Shown piece after piece: positions 42,978-53,500 of a DNA stretch of 64,000 bases. The notes beneath the pieces were generated by a model. That model was not told the origin of the DNA. It was given only the letters and a program-made list of their open reading frames with translations, and ran no database searches. This DNA comes from a virus, in the IMG/VR virus record IMGVR_UViG_3300021478_000019, positions 53,511-117,510 of that record, one strand, 5' to 3'. The first letter of the stretch is position 1, and each line of letters begins with the position of its first letter. The position numbers were made by a program, and so were the translations under genes.

Positions 42978-44296
42978 TGGCTGACGATGTTGCTGGTGGT
43001 CGCCAGTTCCCTACGGGCTCGCAGCAGCGGGTGGCTGCCAACCGCGCCAGCCAGCGGCGGTCGTCGAGGCGTGCCGTGGAGGGGCTATGGGATCCGACCC
43101 AGCGGCCCACCAGCCAGCGGCGTCGGATGCGGGAGACGAAGCAGGCGGCTTACCAGCGGCAGGGGTTCGCCTCGGTCGGCAGCGGGGGCTCTACCCAGGG
43201 GGCCGGCGGGTTGCGCCCCCTGTCCTCCTGGCGCACCATGGACCCGGCGAAGCGCCAGAAGGTGGAGGGCAACTTCCAAGAGCAGTACGGCGTCACCATG
43301 CGCCAGGCCAGCAGGACGGTAGGCCGCAACATCGACATTGGCTTCAGTCAGACCCGCAAGGCAGCCAAGGCGGCGGGCTGGAAGCGCCCCAAGGGGGGTA
43401 CCTACGAGGCTGAGGGTCAGCGCTTCTACCACGGCGACGATCCTGACGTCGCCACCCCGCAGCGAACCAAGGAGGAGGGCACCTTCTCCATGGACCGTGA
43501 CGTACACGGGCGTGACCCCGCCGCCAACCGCGCTGAGTTGCACGAACTGGGGCAACAGCATGGAGTGGACTTCAACGCCGCCACCGCGGTGCGAGCCACC
43601 GTGTCGCCTCGGGTCAAGCTGCCTGGTGAGCGGCGGAACGCCCAGTCGGTCTTCGCCCACGTCGAGGCCGGGAAGAAGGTCGACACCTCGTCATCGCAGC
43701 AGTTCAGCCCTGGTGAGGAGATCGAGGGTGTGGCGCTCCAGGGCAACGCTCAGAAGGCCGCTCGCATCGTGTCGGAGGCCAAGAAGGGCGTGGACCCGCT
43801 GGATGTGCAGTTCCCCAGGATGGCTCGGGGCGAGAACACCGGCCAGCCGGTTCGCAACAAGAAGACGGGAGAGGTCGAGATGGGGAAGGCCCTGTCGGGC
43901 CCCAAGGTTGAGGGCTACCACCAGAGCTACGTCCACCCCAACGACCCCCGCATCCGGGGGGCCATGGATGTCCACGCCTTCTCCCAGGCCAAGCCCGACT
44001 TCCAGGTCAACCAACAAGGTGCGACCAAGGAGGTTGTCAACCCCAAGTTCAACCCGGAGAAGGAGGCCAGCCGTAAGCGGGGCAAGCCTCAGACGCCGAA
44101 GATCAAGAACCCGGCTTGGCAGCCGAACGCCGAAGATCTAGCCAAGGAGGCCAGTTCCCATGAGTTCATGGACGAGGCCCACCGGCTGGCGGCGAAGAAG
44201 CGGGGGCTAGTCAAGACCGAGGCCCAAAGCACAGCCTGGCATGTCCAGCGGCGGTCCCGTGGCATCACCGACCCTGAGGATCGGGGTGGGGACTAG
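42977..44296 (+). CDS. DUF7178-like protein (possible HhH glycosylase-like fold), basic N-terminus
   Basis: 'FY...A.VSPR...N..KA.RI...GPKV..Y...MDVHA...AH..AA...G....AQSTAW' pattern. Confidence 0.6.
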   Translation: MADDVAGGRQFPTGSQQRVAANRASQRRSSRRAVEGLWDPTQRPTSQRRRMRETKQAAYQRQGFASVGSGGSTQGAGGLRPLSSWRTMDPAKRQKVEGNFQEQYGVTMRQASRTVGRNIDIGFSQTRKAAKAAGWKRPKGGTYEAEGQRFYHGDDPDVATPQRTKEEGTFSMDRDVHGRDPAANRAELHELGQQHGVDFNAATAVRATVSPRVKLPGERRNAQSVFAHVEAGKKVDTSSSQQFSPGEEIEGVALQGNAQKAARIVSEAKKGVDPLDVQFPRMARGENTGQPVRNKKTGEVEMGKALSGPKVEGYHQSYVHPNDPRIRGAMDVHAFSQAKPDFQVNQQGATKEVVNPKFNPEKEASRKRGKPQTPKIKNPAWQPNAEDLAKEASSHEFMDEAHRLAAKKRGLVKTEAQSTAWHVQRRSRGITDPEDRGGD

Positions 44297-44517
44297 TGGA
44301 CGACCTTGCGGACCTTGCCTCGACGCTCGTCGAGGAACCCGTCCTCCAGGTAGACGCCGAGGCCGTCATGGTCCTCTTCGTCGATGAACTGGATCAGGTC
44401 GTAGACCTCCCGGTTATGGGTCGGGTCGATAGCCAGGTCGTCGTATTCGATCCCAGGGTTGCTCTGAGCCAGTCGGACACCGATGTCGTAGGCGTCTTGG
44501 TTGGTGTAGTCGGTCAT
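44293..44517 (-). CDS. Small acidic protein with its own leaderless promoter
   Basis: TACAAT-GGGGGC-ATG. Confidence 0.65.
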   Translation of the reverse strand: MTDYTNQDAYDIGVRLAQSNPGIEYDDLAIDPTHNREVYDLIQFIDEEDHDGLGVYLEDGFLDERRGKVRKVVH

Positions 44518-44563
44518 GCCCCCATTGTACTGAAAATACCTACCGTTATGGGAGCAGTGTGAG

Positions 44564-44821
44564 ATGTCGAAGCCCTATATACAGAACGTGCCCGTCCCCT
44601 ACATGGACGTCCAGACCCTCTGGAACGACCGGCGCCACCCCCATGACAACCCCCTGGGCTCGTCGCCTCGACGAGAGGATGGTCGGGCCCCGGCGCCATC
44701 GGGCCTGGGCACCACCATCGACGCCATCTACCGGCCCCAGCTGGGCCCTGACCCCGAGAGCGGGCCCAGCCGGGACGAGATCGTCAACCAGCGGCTGTAC
44801 ACCTCAGGGCGCCCCCGATAA
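44564..44821 (+). CDS. Hypothetical protein
   Basis: GGAG RBS; TAATG coupling. Confidence 0.6.
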   Translation: MSKPYIQNVPVPYMDVQTLWNDRRHPHDNPLGSSPRREDGRAPAPSGLGTTIDAIYRPQLGPDPESGPSRDEIVNQRLYTSGRPR

Positions 44822-45009
44822 TGGCGCTGCTGACGTCGAACCTGTCACGGTTCCAGCCCAAATATGCGGCCCAGGCATCTGGCACTCCGCTGCGGCGCTA
44901 CCAACGTCAGCTGGCCCACGCCGCCACCATCGTCACCGTCCAGCGCCGGCTACCCCTGACTCAGGCCAAGTCCCAGGCCATCCGGGTCGCGAAAAAGGGA
45001 AGGTCGTAG
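44821..45009 (+). CDS. Small basic hypothetical protein
   Basis: Fits the operon just before the portal gene. Confidence 0.55.
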   Translation: MALLTSNLSRFQPKYAAQASGTPLRRYQRQLAHAATIVTVQRRLPLTQAKSQAIRVAKKGRS

Positions 45010-45015
45010 CCCCGG

Positions 45016-46791
45016 TTGTCCATCCAGTTCCAGAGCCCTAGCTATCGAGCCGCCTCCAGCGACCTCACCATTCAGATCAGTCCCCTGGGACTGGTGGAAC
45101 TGGCCGACGAGGAATTTGAGGTACACGGGCCGCGGCTGAATCGGTACGCCATGAATTGGGCGTTCTATTTGGGCTACCACTGGGCCCAGCGTCCTGATTT
45201 AGGTGAGCCCCAGCTGACCTTCAACTACACCAGGGCTCTGTCGGACTTCACCACCAACTTCGTGTTCGGCAAGGGTGTCGGCTTCCGCTCACCAGACGCC
45301 ACCTCGGCCATCATTCCCACCCGGCTGCAGCGCATCTGGGAGATCGATAACAAGAAGGAGTCCCTCCTGTGGGAGGCCGGCTCCATGGGCTCGGTCACCG
45401 GCGACTGCTTTATCAAGGTGGCCTATGAGGAAGCCTGGGAGGATCCCTCGGGCATGCCCCATCCCGGTCGGGTGCGGATCCTGCCGCTCAACGCCGCCTT
45501 CTGCTTCCCTGAGTGGCACCCCCATGACCGCAAGCGGCTCATCCGGTTCAAACTGAAATATCGGTTCTGGGGCACCACTATGGAGGGAACCAGGCAGGTA
45601 TTTACCTACACCGAGTTGCTGACCGAGAACCAGATCGAGGAGTACGTCAACGACGAACTCATCGACAGCCGGGAGAACCCGCTGGGCGAGATCCCTGTCG
45701 TCCATATCAGCAACTTGCCGATCGCATCATCACCGTGGGGCATGCCTGACATCCAAGACGTGACGGTCCTCAACCGGACCTACAACGAGGTGGCCACCGA
45801 TGTCGTCGACATCATCAACTACCACGCCGCCCCGGTAACGGTGATCGTCGGGGCCCGCGCCTCCAACTTGGAGAAGGGCACCCACCAGACCTGGTCGATC
45901 CCCAACAAGGAGGCCAAGGTCACCAACCTGCTGTTCGACCCCCAGGGCATCGAGATGTCGATCAAGTACCTGGAGGTGCTGAAGCGGGCCATGCATGAGA
46001 TGACCGGGGTCCCGGTCACGGCCCTGGGTGAGGAGCAGGCCATCAGCAACACCAGTGGCGTGGCCCTGGCCATCCAGTACCAGCCTCTGATGAACAGGTT
46101 CCATCTCAAGGAGACCCAGTACGGCGAAGGCTTTGCCGAGGTCAACCGGCTGGCCCTGAAGACGCTGTTCATGAAGGAACCCGAGACCCTGGTCTACAAC
46201 CCCGAGGTCGACCCGCCGCTGCGTGATGACCAGCTGCCCATGCTCGACCCCATGGACCCGGTGACCTACGTCAACACCGTGCAGTTCCAGCCCCCGCTGC
46301 CCGTCGACCAGCTGGTCAAGCTCAACGAGCTTCAGGTCAAGATGGCGCTCGGGCTGGAGTCCAAGCGCGGCGCCCTGGAGGAACTGGGCGAGGAGTTCCC
46401 CGACGAGAAGCTGCAGGAACTCTTCAAAGAACTTGTCGACGACGCAGAGCAGCAGGCGGCGTTGGAGTTGCTGCGGGCTCAGATCGCCGGCTTCACGGTC
46501 ATGCAGACCGGCATGGTGCCGCAAGAGGGCCCCCAGCCCATGCCCCCACCCCCGGCCAATGGCGGCAACGGCAACGGCAACGGGAATGGCAATGGTGGTG
46601 GGGTCAAGTCTGCCGGCGGGCCCGACGTCAGCGTGGCGCCGGGCGCCAAGCCGCCCACCGGGGTGCTGCCTGGCATCGACGTCACCAGTTCCGCCGACAT
46701 CAAGAAGATGTTCGACCGGGTCGTAGCTCTATCCCATGGCACGGTGATCCCTCAACGCCGGGCCCCCGAAGAAGACACGCCGTCCACCTAA
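45016..46791 (+). CDS. Portal protein (SPP1 gp6-like)
   Basis: 'TFNYTRA..D', 'GSVTGD', 'ENPLGEIPVVH', 'ISNTSGVAL'; head-gene order. Confidence 0.92.
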   Translation: MSIQFQSPSYRAASSDLTIQISPLGLVELADEEFEVHGPRLNRYAMNWAFYLGYHWAQRPDLGEPQLTFNYTRALSDFTTNFVFGKGVGFRSPDATSAIIPTRLQRIWEIDNKKESLLWEAGSMGSVTGDCFIKVAYEEAWEDPSGMPHPGRVRILPLNAAFCFPEWHPHDRKRLIRFKLKYRFWGTTMEGTRQVFTYTELLTENQIEEYVNDELIDSRENPLGEIPVVHISNLPIASSPWGMPDIQDVTVLNRTYNEVATDVVDIINYHAAPVTVIVGARASNLEKGTHQTWSIPNKEAKVTNLLFDPQGIEMSIKYLEVLKRAMHEMTGVPVTALGEEQAISNTSGVALAIQYQPLMNRFHLKETQYGEGFAEVNRLALKTLFMKEPETLVYNPEVDPPLRDDQLPMLDPMDPVTYVNTVQFQPPLPVDQLVKLNELQVKMALGLESKRGALEELGEEFPDEKLQELFKELVDDAEQQAALELLRAQIAGFTVMQTGMVPQEGPQPMPPPPANGGNGNGNGNGNGGGVKSAGGPDVSVAPGAKPPTGVLPGIDVTSSADIKKMFDRVVALSHGTVIPQRRAPEEDTPST

Positions 46792-46800
46792 GGAGCGAAG

Positions 46801-47595
46801 TTGACCGTCGTACCTGACCCCGTAACGCCCGACCCCGCAGCTGATCCGCCGGATCCCAACGCGGTCACTATCACCGTTCCAGCTGAGCCCCCGGCGCCGC
46901 CGCGTCAGGCTCGTAGTGGCGGCGACGTCACCGTGTTCACGCCCGAGGACGTCGAGCGCATGCGCCAGGAGGAGCGGGCTCGCTTCGCCGCCGAACTGAA
47001 ACGGGCCGATGACCTGGAGGCCGAGTTGACCCGGTACCGCCAGAGCGAGGACGAGCGGGTCAAGGCCGAGGCCAAGGCCCAGAAGGATGCGGAGCGGGCC
47101 GAGAAGAAGAAGCGCGAAGACGAGATGGAGATGCGGGACCTCCTGGCTCAGAAGGAGCAGGAGTGGGAGCAGAAGCTGGCCGACGAGCGGGCTGAGCGGG
47201 AGAAGGCCCTGGCCATCCTCGACCAGGAGCGCAAGTACGCCGGGCTCCAGAACTACCTGGCGCAGCGCATGATGGCCGAGGGGGAGCGCATCGCCCCTCA
47301 GCTGCGGCGCCTGGTGGCTGGTAACAGCGAAGAGGAGATCGACGCCTCCATCGCTCAGCTGGCTGCCATCACCGATGAGATTGCCGGTGAGACCCAGCAG
47401 CTGGTCTCGGCTCAGAACGCTTCTCGTAGGACCGCCGGGGTGACCTCCCCACCAATCGGTCCAGCAGATGTCTCCGCGACGACAAAGTCGTATACGGCGG
47501 ATGAACTCAAGGACATGAGCATGGAAGAGTACGGTAGAAGAGAAGTCAGGGAGCAGTTACTCGCTGAAGCTGGGCGAGCGTATCGTAATAGGTAA
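46801..47595 (+). CDS. Capsid scaffolding protein
   Basis: Charged coiled coil between portal and capsid; 'MSMEEY' C-terminus. Confidence 0.85.
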   Translation: MTVVPDPVTPDPAADPPDPNAVTITVPAEPPAPPRQARSGGDVTVFTPEDVERMRQEERARFAAELKRADDLEAELTRYRQSEDERVKAEAKAQKDAERAEKKKREDEMEMRDLLAQKEQEWEQKLADERAEREKALAILDQERKYAGLQNYLAQRMMAEGERIAPQLRRLVAGNSEEEIDASIAQLAAITDEIAGETQQLVSAQNASRRTAGVTSPPIGPADVSATTKSYTADELKDMSMEEYGRREVREQLLAEAGRAYRNR

Positions 47596-47638
47596 ATGGA
47601 AGGCCGGAACTGGCCCCTAAAAACAGGAGGTAGGCAAT

Positions 47639-48670
47639 ATGCCTTCCGCAATCACCGGCACTCCAGTACTGAGCGCCAGCCCCACTGGATATCCCGGCAC
47701 CAATACCAACCTGGCTCCTGCCATCCAGGTAATTTGGAGCAAGGAAATTTTGTTCCAATCAATGCCCGTGTTGCGCTTTGAACAGTTCGCGGTGAAGAAG
47801 ACTGAGCTTGGCATCCAGCCCGGTCTGCAAATCAACTTCATGCGTTACAACAACCTGGGCGACGCCACGCAGCTGGTTGAAGGTGTCCGCATGCAGACCG
47901 CTGCTCTCACTGCCTCGCAGTACGCCATCACTGTGGCTGAGCAGGGCTATGCGGTAGCGGTGTCGGAGTTGCTGCTCAACTCCTCCTTCGACGACGTGAT
48001 GGCTTCGTCGAGCCGGCTGCTCGGCCGCAACATGGCCAAGTACCTGGACGGCGCCGCCCGCGACACCATCTATGCGGCCTCCTCGGCCATCTTCGGCTAC
48101 GTCCTGCCGGCGCCCGCGGCCACCCGGACCCCACTGTCGCCGTACGACGCTGGCGCCGTGGCTGCCAACTACGCCGCCCTGGCCGGCACCGCTTTCATGT
48201 CGGTCACGGTGACCAAGGATGCCGTCGAGACCCTGGCCACCAAGAACGTCCCGCGTCTGGGCGAGACCTACGTCTGCTTCCTCGACCCGCACCAGTCCCG
48301 CCGGCTGCGTGACAACCCCGAGTTTATCGAAGTGACTAAGTATGCAGCCGCAGGAAACTTTATGCTAGGCGAGATCGGGCGTTTGAACGACACCGTGTAC
48401 ATCGAGACAACCCAGATTCGCCAGTACGCCCCGACCTTCGGGCCCGCCACTGGGGCCAACCCCACCGGTAGCGGCTACGGCAATGCCGGCGTGGTGCATG
48501 GGGCCATCTACCTGGGCGACAATGCCTTTGGTCATGCCATCGCCCTCCCGGTCGAGCTTCGTGACGGTGGCGTCCTCGACTTCGGACGTGAGCATGCATT
48601 GGCGTGGTACGCGATCTGGGGATTCGGACTGATCACCGACCAGGCTGTGGTCATCGCCTGGACTAACTGA
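47639..48670 (+). CDS. Major capsid protein (N4-gp56 type)
   Basis: 'WSKEILFQSMPVLRFEQFA', 'GEIGRL', 'DFGREHALAWY'. Confidence 0.92.
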   Translation: MPSAITGTPVLSASPTGYPGTNTNLAPAIQVIWSKEILFQSMPVLRFEQFAVKKTELGIQPGLQINFMRYNNLGDATQLVEGVRMQTAALTASQYAITVAEQGYAVAVSELLLNSSFDDVMASSSRLLGRNMAKYLDGAARDTIYAASSAIFGYVLPAPAATRTPLSPYDAGAVAANYAALAGTAFMSVTVTKDAVETLATKNVPRLGETYVCFLDPHQSRRLRDNPEFIEVTKYAAAGNFMLGEIGRLNDTVYIETTQIRQYAPTFGPATGANPTGSGYGNAGVVHGAIYLGDNAFGHAIALPVELRDGGVLDFGREHALAWYAIWGFGLITDQAVVIAWTN

Positions 48671-49209
48671 TGGCAGGCAGAGGAGGCCCCCAACGGGGTG
48701 ACTTCACGGGCTCGGAGCGTCAGCGGCTGACTGAGGAGAAAGCCGCTGAGCTTGCTGAGCGTCAGAAGGAGATCGGACTGGTGAACCAGGTGGACATCGT
48801 GGTGGAGGAGGAGGGCATCTTCGACCCGGCCACGGGAACACTGACGCAGCCCTTGTCAGCTGAGACCCAGGCCAAGGTGGACCGGCTGCAGGAGCCCGTG
48901 GTGGTCGAGGACGATCCCATCCTCGACCCCAGCCAGCCCACGCCGGTCTACGACCCCATGAAGGATCTGCGTGACCTGGAGGTCAAGCAGCGGGCCAAGC
49001 CCATGCCCACCAACACCATGGAAGTCGTAGACCTGGGCGAGGATCCCATCGTGGTGGAGGACGAGTACCGGGTCATCCGGGTCAACACCGACATCGAGGA
49101 GATGACCTACGGGATCGGCAACACCCTCACCTTCCTGCGTGGGCGGCGGTACCGGGTTCCGCAGCATCTCTACGTCTGGTTGGAGTCAAGAGGAGTCGTA
49201 TACCACTGA
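48670..49209 (+). CDS. Hypothetical head-associated protein
   Basis: Coupled to the capsid gene; 'IRVNTDIEEMTYG.G...F..GRRYRVP'. Confidence 0.75.
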   Translation: MAGRGGPQRGDFTGSERQRLTEEKAAELAERQKEIGLVNQVDIVVEEEGIFDPATGTLTQPLSAETQAKVDRLQEPVVVEDDPILDPSQPTPVYDPMKDLRDLEVKQRAKPMPTNTMEVVDLGEDPIVVEDEYRVIRVNTDIEEMTYGIGNTLTFLRGRRYRVPQHLYVWLESRGVVYH

Positions 49210-49532
49210 TGTCATCGCCCCCCGAACCAGAAGACAGAAAATGTGCCGTTTGTGGCTTGGTAACAGATGAGCCGATGCATATTCAGTACGTCGCCTTCGC
49301 TCACCCGGTCACAGGAATGGGCGTTGACCTATCAGTGGCCAAGCACATCCACTGCTGTGGTGACGACGGAGATCCGATCTGCGCTCATGACGTGTTGCGG
49401 GCTGCTCAGGACGGGGTCTCCATCACCGAGTTCGTCACCAGGCCGCGTCCCAAAGACCACATGCAGTTTCTCTTTGAGCAGTACGGCGTGGAGTCGCCCG
49501 ACTTCCAGATCCCAGGCACCCAGGAGGCGTAA
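49209..49532 (+). CDS. Zn-binding hypothetical protein
   Basis: CAVC...HIHCC. Confidence 0.65.
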   Translation: MSSPPEPEDRKCAVCGLVTDEPMHIQYVAFAHPVTGMGVDLSVAKHIHCCGDDGDPICAHDVLRAAQDGVSITEFVTRPRPKDHMQFLFEQYGVESPDFQIPGTQEA

Positions 49533-49921
49533 TGGCGAACCTAGTAACTGTTGAGGCCAATGCCCTTCTGGCCGCTTCGTCAGGGCAGACGGCGTATACC
49601 GCCCCGGTCGGGCCCATCAAGGTGGCTCTGGTAAGCGTCATCGGTACTGCTAGTGCCCCCGGCACAGAGATCTCTGGCGGGCCGGGCCCCTATTCCCGGC
49701 AGACCATCACCTTCGCGGCGGCATCCGCAGGTTCGATCTCCAGCAATGCGGCGGTTACCTTCACCGGGATGCCGGCGGTCACGGTCGTCGGTGTCGATGA
49801 GTGGGACTCCACTGGTACTCCGATACGGCGCTGGTTCGGCCTCCTGTCGGCGTCCAAGACCGTCAACTCAGGAGATACTTTTTCGATTGCCTCGGGGTCG
49901 TACACCAAGACGCTGAGCTAG
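49532..49921 (+). CDS. Virion structural (fibre/decoration-type) protein
   Basis: 'EISGG..YSRQTITF...SNAAVTF...SKTVNSGDTF'. Confidence 0.75.
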   Translation: MANLVTVEANALLAASSGQTAYTAPVGPIKVALVSVIGTASAPGTEISGGPGPYSRQTITFAAASAGSISSNAAVTFTGMPAVTVVGVDEWDSTGTPIRRWFGLLSASKTVNSGDTFSIASGSYTKTLS

Positions 49922-49929
49922 TACGACTA

Positions 49930-50139
49930 GTGGCCACGTTCTATCTTCGTCCGCATGACGGCGCGCTGGCGATAGGACCGTTCACCACGTCAGACGACGC
50001 TGCGACCTTCTACCACACCAACATGGATCTCTCTGGCTGTGACCTGGTTGAGGCCATCGACCAATCCGCATGGCCGACACCAGGCAACTCACTGTTCTAC
50101 CGCTTTGAGTTTCAAGAGCCACCGGGGACGGTGCCGTAA
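49930..50139 (+). CDS. Hypothetical protein
   Basis: GTG start; fits the operon. Confidence 0.55.
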   Translation: MATFYLRPHDGALAIGPFTTSDDAATFYHTNMDLSGCDLVEAIDQSAWPTPGNSLFYRFEFQEPPGTVP

Positions 50140-50574
50140 GTGGCTAGGTACGACTACGCCTGGAACGTGGTCGGGGTATCCAACTCGGCTATGTCTTGGA
50201 TGCGCTCGACCACGGCCAAGGACATGCGGATCTGGGAAGTGGCCGTGTATATGTCGGGCGGCACGGCGGCGGCTACTGACGTGGGCCTGGGCCGACCCGC
50301 CGCTATCTCGGCCACGCCTACCACAGTGGTGCCTCAGGCCGAAGATCTCTCCTTCAATGCGGCGGCTTGCACCGGGTCGGTAGCGGCCACCACCAAGCCC
50401 ACGTCGCCCACTCTCTTCCTCAGACGGTTCGGTATTCCGGCCACCATCGGGGCCGGTATCATCTGGACCTTTCCCTTCGGTCTGATCGTGCCCACCGGCC
50501 CAGCCGAGATCGTGGTCTGGAACATCGGCGCATCCACCTCGACCTTCTCGGGGTATTTCGTCTACGACGAATAG
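50140..50574 (+). CDS. Beta-rich virion protein
   Basis: Composition and position. Confidence 0.65.
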   Translation: MARYDYAWNVVGVSNSAMSWMRSTTAKDMRIWEVAVYMSGGTAAATDVGLGRPAAISATPTTVVPQAEDLSFNAAACTGSVAATTKPTSPTLFLRRFGIPATIGAGIIWTFPFGLIVPTGPAEIVVWNIGASTSTFSGYFVYDE

Positions 50575-50582
50575 GGGCAACC

Positions 50583-53500
50583 ATGCCCAGCTATAACTGG
50601 CTCGGTTACCCGCAGTACCCCAACTCGGTGGCCTGGGGTACTGGCCGTGTTGTCTCCAACCCCACTGAGCAGGAGACATGGGGCCTTCCCGATGGCGGTC
50701 TTTCAAGGATCGTCAACCCCAACCTGCAGGGGCCTGTTACTGGTCCTCGTCTGGTGGCGGCGGGACCGATAACTCAGGCTGTTGGTGGAGTCATTTCCCC
50801 TACCTTCGGGGCACCCACCACAGTGGGCAACCTGCTGGTGTGCCTCCTGATCGGCTCGTCCAACAACTCCATTGCCACCAACCCCAACAGTGCCTGGGCG
50901 CTGACGGCCAGCCGCCAATCCCCCACTATCTGCTCTATGTACTCCCGCTTCAACTGTTTGGCTGGCGAATCACCTCCGACCTTCACGGACGGGTCCGGTG
51001 GCTCCAACTTTGGGTCGGGCATATTGCTGGAGTTCGCCGGGGTGTTGACCACTAGCCCCATCGACCAGCAGGGCAGCGTGGCTAATACCACCAATCCCTT
51101 TACCTTCACCATGGGGGGCGTTGACTCGGCGGCTGGGGATCTACTGGTGGCGGTATCCGGTAACGCCAATACCACCCCGCCCACCGGGGCCACCATGTCG
51201 TTCAGCAACGCCTCGGCCAACGTCATTGGCTCACTGGTCAGCCACCAGGTCAGCGGGGTGTTCGCCTGGGGCGTCACCACCACTAATGCCTCGGCGAATG
51301 CGGCCACCACCACTTGGACGGGTGGGTCGGGCACCAATCAGTTCAACTGCACCATGGCCTCGTTTAAGGCTGCGGGGCCGCCGCTTGTTACCGGGGCGAT
51401 AACCCTGGCCGCGACCGCCGGCCTGACCACCGCCAACGAGAGCGTCACCGAGGTCGCCTCAGTGACCCTGGCGGGCACTGCTGGTTTGACCGTAGCGGCG
51501 ACGACGGCCCCCGGTGGTGTTCAGAAGTTCGACACCCTGGTCGACACCTTCACCGGCTCATCTCTCAACGCCAGTGTGTGGAACTTCAGTGGCACCAACG
51601 TGGCTGTCGTAGCCAACCAGTTGCAGATCTCCAGCAGTCTCAGCGCCGCCACGTACCAATGCTTCACCCAGAACTTCTACGACCTCACCAACTCCCAGCT
51701 GGCCATCCAGCTGGCCAATGGTGGGACTCAGACCATCAACTCCTGGCAGGACTTCCCGATCCTCTTGCAGGATTCGGGAGGCACGAACCAGTTGTACTGG
51801 TACACCCTCCAGGGCGCTATTGCGGCCTACAAGGTAGTGGCAGGAACTTCAACGCAGGTCTTCTTTGCCACTTACAGCAGCACCACGCACCAGTGGTTGC
51901 GGATCAGGGAGGCCAGCGGCACCACCTACTGGGAGTACTCGGCTGACGGCATCACCTGGGTGACTGCTCACAGCGAGGCCGACCCCATCACCGAGACCTC
52001 CCTGCGGCTGATCATCCAGGCCGGTCAGTACAACGTCGAGACCTCGACCACCGCCGCTCTCTACGACAACGTCAACAACCTGCCGGTCGCAGTAACCATG
52101 GCGGGCACCGCCGGCATGACTGTTGGCGCGGTGGTCACCGAAGTAGCTGCAGTCCCTATGGCTGCGACCACAAGTCTGACGGTCACCCCGGTTCAGAAGT
52201 TCAACACTCTGGTGGACGACTTCAGTAGTGGATCCTTGAGCCCCACCCTGTGGAACCACAGCGCTTCCAACACGGCGGTGGTCTCTCAGCAGTTGCAGAT
52301 CTCCAGCAGTCTCACTGCGACTGAATATCAGGTCTTCTCCCAGAACTACTACGACCTCACCAACTCGCAGGTGGTCATCCAGCTGGTCAACGCTGGGAAC
52401 GAGTCGATCAACTCCTGGCAGAACAACCCGATTCTTTTGATGGATCCGACCGGTACCAATCAGTTGTACTGGTACGTCCTCCAGGGGACCATCGCCGCCT
52501 ACAAGATGGTGGCGAATACCACCACTCAGGTCTTCGCTGCCGCCTATAGCTCGACCACCCATCAGTGGCTACGGATCCGAGAAGCCAGCGGCACCACGTA
52601 TTGGGACTACTCAGCTGATGGTGCGAACTGGACGACCGCCCACAGCGAGGCCGATCCTATCGCTGAGTATTTCCTGCGGCTGATCATTCAGGCTGGCCAG
52701 TACAACGTAGAAGCCTCGACTACCACAGCCACCTACGACAACGTCAACAACCCGCCCGTATTCGTAACGCTGGCGGGTAGCGCCGGCCTGACGGTGGCCG
52801 CTGCGGTCACTGAAATAGCTGGGGCTGCCCTAACAGCCACCGCGGCCCTGACCGTCGCCGCCACGGTCACAGAGCAGGCTGCGGTACCCCTGGCGGCGAG
52901 CGCCGGCATGACCGTGGCTGCCTCGGTCACCCAGCTGGCCAGTGTCGTTTTGGCTGGTGGTGCTGCACTGAACGTCTCCGCGCTGGTCACCGAGGTGGCT
53001 GCGGTCACTGAGACCGCCACTGCGGGAATGACTGTTGGGGCCCTCGTCACCGAGGTGGCCTCGGTTGCTCTCGCCGGCACAGCTGGCATGACCGTGGCCG
53101 CTACTCGGACTCAATTCGCCACGGTGCCCCTCGCTGGTACAGCCGGAATGACGGTGGCTGCGTCGGTCACCGAACTGACTGCCGTGAGCCTGGCTGGTAC
53201 TGCCGGCATGACGGTGGTGGCTTCGGTGACAGAGGTCGCTTCCGTCGCTCTCTCTGGTACCGCAGGGATGACGGTCGCTGCCTCAGTGACCGAGGTGGCA
53301 TCCGTACCCTTGGCGGCTACCGCCGGGATGACCGTGGCTGGCACTTGGGTCCAGCAGGCCAGCGTCCCTCTCGCCGCTAGTACCACCCTCACCATGACTG
53401 CTTTGGTCACCGAGGTCGCAGCGGTAGCTCTGGCCGGTTCGGCCTCCCTCACCGTGGCCGGCATCAGGACCCAGTTGGCCAGTGTTGCTCTCTCGGGTAC

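Noticed and set aside
40368-48670. Inteins or introns in terminase, portal or capsid
   Set aside because: Protein lengths are normal and no intein C...HN splice motifs or LAGLIDADG blocks are visible.
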